Shown here piece after piece: positions 60,556 to 64,000 of a stretch of DNA of 64,000 nt. Made by a program: the position numbers and the translations under genes. How positions within the stretch are numbered: position 1 is the first letter of the stretch; each line of letters begins with the position of its first letter. A model generated the notes under the pieces. That model did no database searches. It saw only the letters and a list, made by a program, of their open reading frames with translations, and had not been told where the DNA came from. The stretch is from sequence record DRR723986_5381; one strand, written 5' to 3'.

Positions 60556-61509
60556 ATGAGATGTTTTTTAGTCATTTTTTTAGTGTCGTTTTGTTGTTAT
60601 GCCCAAGGTGCTAAGGAGAAAGCTCAGGCTTTTATAGAGAGCAAAAAGTTTGAAAGTGCTCAGACTGAATTAACAGATTTCTTAGCTCAAAATCCAGAGG
60701 ACGAAGAAGCAATAGAATTACTTGGTGACGCTTACGGACATGAAAAAAAATGGGACGAAGCCATTGAGCAGTATAAAACTTTAACTGAGAAACAACCAAA
60801 TAATGCCAACTACCAATATAAATATGGTGGTGCTTTAGGTATGAAAGCGTTAAGCATAAGTAAGCTAAGAGCTTTAGGGATAATTGGAGATGTTAAAGAA
60901 GCATTTTTAAAAGCTGCTGAATTAGATCCTAAGCATATTGATACACGTTGGGCATTAGTAGAATTATACATTTCTCTCCCAGGAATTGTTGGTGGTAGTA
61001 GTTCAAAGGCTTTAAAATATGCTAATGAATTAGAAAAACTATCTAAAGTAGATGGCTATTTAGCAAAAGGGTATGTGTATGAGTATGATGATGAACCAGA
61101 GCTGGCTGAAAAATATTATAAACTGGCTATAAAAGTTGGTGGATCAGTAACGTGTTATGAAAAACTCACCAATTTCTATGAAGGTCAAAAGCAACCTGAA
61201 AAAGCCATATATAATATAGAATCGGCTAAAAAAAAGCATCAAAGGAATGCTATGCACTACCAAATCGGTAAGGTTTGTGCGGATTACAATGTACAATTAG
61301 ATAAAGGAGAAAAGTGTCTTAAGTCTTATTTATCTAATCATTCGGCTAAAGATGGTGTGCCAAAAGCATGGGCTTATTATCGTTTGGCGCAAATCTATAA
61401 GCACAAAAAAGACAAGTCAGAAGCATTAAAGTGGATTGAAAAAGCCATTGCTAGTTTGCCAAAAATTAAAGTCTTTAAAGAAGAAAAAGCCATTATTTCA
61501 AAGCTTTAA
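60556..61509 (+). CDS. Tetratricopeptide-repeat protein with a signal peptide
   Basis: Repeated TPR-like helices (LGDAYG...WDEAIEQY, AYYRLAQIY...EALKWIEKA); signal ending CYAQ. Confidence 0.8.
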   Translation: MRCFLVIFLVSFCCYAQGAKEKAQAFIESKKFESAQTELTDFLAQNPEDEEAIELLGDAYGHEKKWDEAIEQYKTLTEKQPNNANYQYKYGGALGMKALSISKLRALGIIGDVKEAFLKAAELDPKHIDTRWALVELYISLPGIVGGSSSKALKYANELEKLSKVDGYLAKGYVYEYDDEPELAEKYYKLAIKVGGSVTCYEKLTNFYEGQKQPEKAIYNIESAKKKHQRNAMHYQIGKVCADYNVQLDKGEKCLKSYLSNHSAKDGVPKAWAYYRLAQIYKHKKDKSEALKWIEKAIASLPKIKVFKEEKAIISKL

Positions 61510-61578
61510 ACATTTATACATAAACTTTGCTTATGTATTGTATAATAAATATTAATAACCTAAATATTTGTTAAATAC

Positions 61579-61609
61579 GCAAAAATGATAGTAATACTAT
61601 TATTTTTGC
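61579..61609. promoter_or_regulatory. Putative TetR operator overlapping the -7 box (TATTTTTG, 61601-61608)
   Basis: gcaaaaatgatagta-a-tactattatttttgc: 15-bp arms with one mismatch. Confidence 0.68.
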
Positions 61610-61626
61610 ATTCAAATATTTTAGGT

Positions 61627-62319
61627 ATGATTAATTTACTTTCAAATTTAAAAATATCTGTTCCGGATAAAATCTTTATTAAGGATCCGGAATCTTCAGA
61701 TTTAGGCAAGCGCATTATTGAGCATAGTATTTTACTAATTGATGAAATAGGATTCGATAGTTTCACCTTTAAAAAGCTAGGAACAAAAATAGGATCAAAT
61801 GAAAGTTCAGTCTATCGTTATTTTGAGAGCAAGCATAAGTTACTATTGTATTTAACCTCTTGGTATTGGGCTTGGATAGAATATCAACTGGTATTTGCTA
61901 CTCACAATGTGCCTGATGATAACGAACAACTTAATAAGGCTATTGAGGTTGTTACTAGAACCATCAAAGAAGATGTTGCATTTACACATATAAATGAGGT
62001 GGCTTTAAATAGAATTATTATCAATGAATATTCAAAATCATACCTGACTAAAGAAGTAGATAGTGAAAATACTGAAGGCTATTTTGTGGTATACAAACGC
62101 TTGGTTAAACGTTTGAGTGAAATCATAAATAAGGTAAATGCAGACTATGAATTCCCTTCAAGCTTAGCAAGCACAATTGTAGAAGGTGCTCTGCATCAGC
62201 ATTTTTTAAAAGCGCATTTTAGTTCTATTACCGACTGTGGACAGGATGTAACTCCAACACAGTTTTTTATCAATCTCACACAAAAAGTTTTAACAACGAC
62301 AACAAATGGATCAAAATAG
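61627..62319 (+). CDS. TetR/AcrR family transcriptional regulator
   Basis: GFDSFTFKKLG...ESSVYRYFESK HTH; ATG 61627 preferred because ATG 61585 lies inside the palindrome/promoter. Confidence 0.85.
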   Translation: MINLLSNLKISVPDKIFIKDPESSDLGKRIIEHSILLIDEIGFDSFTFKKLGTKIGSNESSVYRYFESKHKLLLYLTSWYWAWIEYQLVFATHNVPDDNEQLNKAIEVVTRTIKEDVAFTHINEVALNRIIINEYSKSYLTKEVDSENTEGYFVVYKRLVKRLSEIINKVNADYEFPSSLASTIVEGALHQHFLKAHFSSITDCGQDVTPTQFFINLTQKVLTTTTNGSK

Positions 62320-63967
62320 ACCACACTTAACACCATGGCAACGTTTCATGGGTATATTAAGATTAGAGAAGAAGGATTTACTGCAGGTAATCTACTATGC
62401 CGTTTTTTCTGGACTTATAAGTCTTACTTTACCTTTAGGAATACAAGCTATAATAAATTTAATACAAGGAGCTCAAGTAAGCACGTCATGGATTGTGCTT
62501 GTTATTTTAGTGACTTTAGGCGTTGTATTTGTTGGAGTTCTACAGCTAATGCAAATGCGAATTATAGAAACCGTACAGCAACGTATTTTTATGCGTGCCT
62601 CTTTTGAGTTTACGTATCGTTTTCCAAAAATAAAAATGAATGAGTTGCGAAACTTTTATCCGCCAGAATTAGCAAATCGTTTTTTTGATGTACTTACTGT
62701 TCAAAAAGGATTAGCAAAATTGCTTATAGACGTACCAGCAGCAGTATTGCAAATCGTCTTTGCGTTGATACTTCTGTCCTTTTACCATCCATTTTTTATA
62801 GCCTTTGGTGTACTTCTTATAGCCTTGATATATATAGTTTTTAAGTTCACTATTCAAAAAGGTATGCACACTAGCTTAATTGAGTCTAAGAAAAAGTATA
62901 TGGTAGCACACTGGATTCAGGAGGTAGCAAGAGCAATTACAAGCTTTAAAATTTCTGGTAGAACATCATTAGCTCTTGAGAAAAATGACAAGTTAGTAGA
63001 TGGCTATTTAGAAGCAAGAGAGAGTCATTTTAAAATTTTAGTGATTCAGTTTGTACAGATGATTGGTTTTAAGGTGTTAGTAACTGCCGGTTTATTAATT
63101 ATTGGTGGGCTTTTAGTACTAAATCAAGAAATGAATATAGGACAATTTGTTGCTGCAGAGATTATTATTCTTTTAGTTATTGCATCAGTTGAAAAACTTA
63201 TTCTTGGTTTAGAATCCTTTTATGATGTGCTGACATCTCTAGAAAAAATGGGACAGGTGGTAGACAAAAAGTTAGAACCTCAAGACGGTATAAAAGTAGA
63301 GGATGCTGATAGTCTTAAAATAGAACTAGATAAGATAACTTTTGAAGTACCAAATAGATCAATTCCGATTTTAAATGATGTTTCGATGACAATCAATCCA
63401 TCGAGTCGTATTTTAATACAAGGTCCAAGTGGATCTGGCAAGTCGAGTTTATTGAGAATGATTTCAGGGATAATAAAGCCAACAAAGGGAAGAATATTTG
63501 TAAATGATGAGGCGCTTCAAAATTTACACCTTAATAATTATAGGTCTTGCTTAGGATTATCACTTGCAGAGGAGACTCCTTTTGAAGGAAGTATTAAGGA
63601 CAATCTTACACTAACAAATAAGAATATTACAGAGGCTGAAATAAATGAGGCGATTGAGATTGTTGGACTACGTAGTTACCTCAAAGAAACAGAAAGAGGA
63701 CTAGATACAATTATTTATCCAGAAGGAAAACAAATGTCTTTTACTGTTGCTAAGAAAATCATTCTGGCACGTGCCATTTTAAAGAAACCAAAAGTATTAG
63801 TATTAGAAGAGCCTTTAGAACACTTTGAGGCTACAGAAGCGATACGAATTATAAAAGTATTGACCGCTCCAGAAAATCCATGGGCTTTGATTGTTGCTAG
63901 TTTCAATAAAGATTGGACAAGCGGTTGTACTGATGTTATAACACTTAATAAAGGTGAAATTATTTAA
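62306..63967 (+). CDS. ABC exporter (fused TMD-NBD), type I secretion/peptide exporter-like
   Basis: TM domain with PPELANRFFD and GQFVAAE; Walker A GPSGSGKS; degenerate signature; LVLEEP. Confidence 0.85.
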   Translation: MDQNRPHLTPWQRFMGILRLEKKDLLQVIYYAVFSGLISLTLPLGIQAIINLIQGAQVSTSWIVLVILVTLGVVFVGVLQLMQMRIIETVQQRIFMRASFEFTYRFPKIKMNELRNFYPPELANRFFDVLTVQKGLAKLLIDVPAAVLQIVFALILLSFYHPFFIAFGVLLIALIYIVFKFTIQKGMHTSLIESKKKYMVAHWIQEVARAITSFKISGRTSLALEKNDKLVDGYLEARESHFKILVIQFVQMIGFKVLVTAGLLIIGGLLVLNQEMNIGQFVAAEIIILLVIASVEKLILGLESFYDVLTSLEKMGQVVDKKLEPQDGIKVEDADSLKIELDKITFEVPNRSIPILNDVSMTINPSSRILIQGPSGSGKSSLLRMISGIIKPTKGRIFVNDEALQNLHLNNYRSCLGLSLAEETPFEGSIKDNLTLTNKNITEAEINEAIEIVGLRSYLKETERGLDTIIYPEGKQMSFTVAKKIILARAILKKPKVLVLEEPLEHFEATEAIRIIKVLTAPENPWALIVASFNKDWTSGCTDVITLNKGEII

Positions 63968-63978
63968 AACTTACAGCT

Positions 63979-64000
63979 ATGTTGAATATATCTACAAATC
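63979..64000 (+). CDS. 5' fragment of the next gene, probably an HlyD-family membrane fusion protein (truncated by the window edge)
   Basis: ATG 11 nt after the ABC stop, reading MLNISTN; product inferred only from operon context. Confidence 0.4.

Noticed and set aside
14462..61509. Gln immediately after the predicted signal-peptide cleavage site in many secreted proteins
   Set aside because: This is the known Bacteroidota pyroglutamate (Q-rule) pattern; useful for taxonomy but not novel
1514..63906. Numerous short antisense or alternative-frame ORFs in the track (for example 1514-1894, 9077-9544, 31206-31730, 44941-45303, 54532-54882)
   Set aside because: They are shadows of well-supported genes and have no recognisable motifs
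1..64000. CRISPR arrays, IS elements, phage or recognisable anti-phage defence genes
   Set aside because: No regularly spaced repeats, transposase, integrase or defence-domain motifs were seen; intergenic gaps are short

Overview
AT-rich chromosomal segment that looks like a marine Flavobacteriaceae member (Bacteroidota). The evidence is the gldJ-porU-porV gliding/type IX secretion (T9SS) locus, TAnnTTTG promoter boxes and signal peptides ending in Ala/Ser/Gly-Gln. Content is mostly housekeeping: about 50 CDS (helicase, acyl-CoA dehydrogenase, anmK, ExbBD/TonB, folC, murF, pdhA/pdhC, MlaEF, pafA, fabH, gcvP, purEK, obgE, alpha-2-macroglobulin, TetR-ABC exporter) and two tRNA-Val genes. I saw no mobile element, prophage or CRISPR array. 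The most notable items are: (1) a 1344-aa T9SS cargo protein fusing a 7-repeat FG-GAP propeller, an ASPIC/UnbV domain and a vanadium-haloperoxidase/PAP2-type domain with all three active-site motifs; (2) a GbsR/MarR regulator whose putative operator ACTTTCA-N8-TGAAAGT occurs twice, upstream of itself and upstream of an uncharacterised operon of two membrane proteins plus a sterol/tocopherol-like methyltransferase; (3) two nearby genes (a voltage-gated K+ channel and a DinB-like protein), each interrupted by a single in-frame stop; (4) an Hpt-Adk fusion; (5) several candidate operators, leaderless promoters and a possible small RNA. All calls are from motif recognition by eye; no database search was run.
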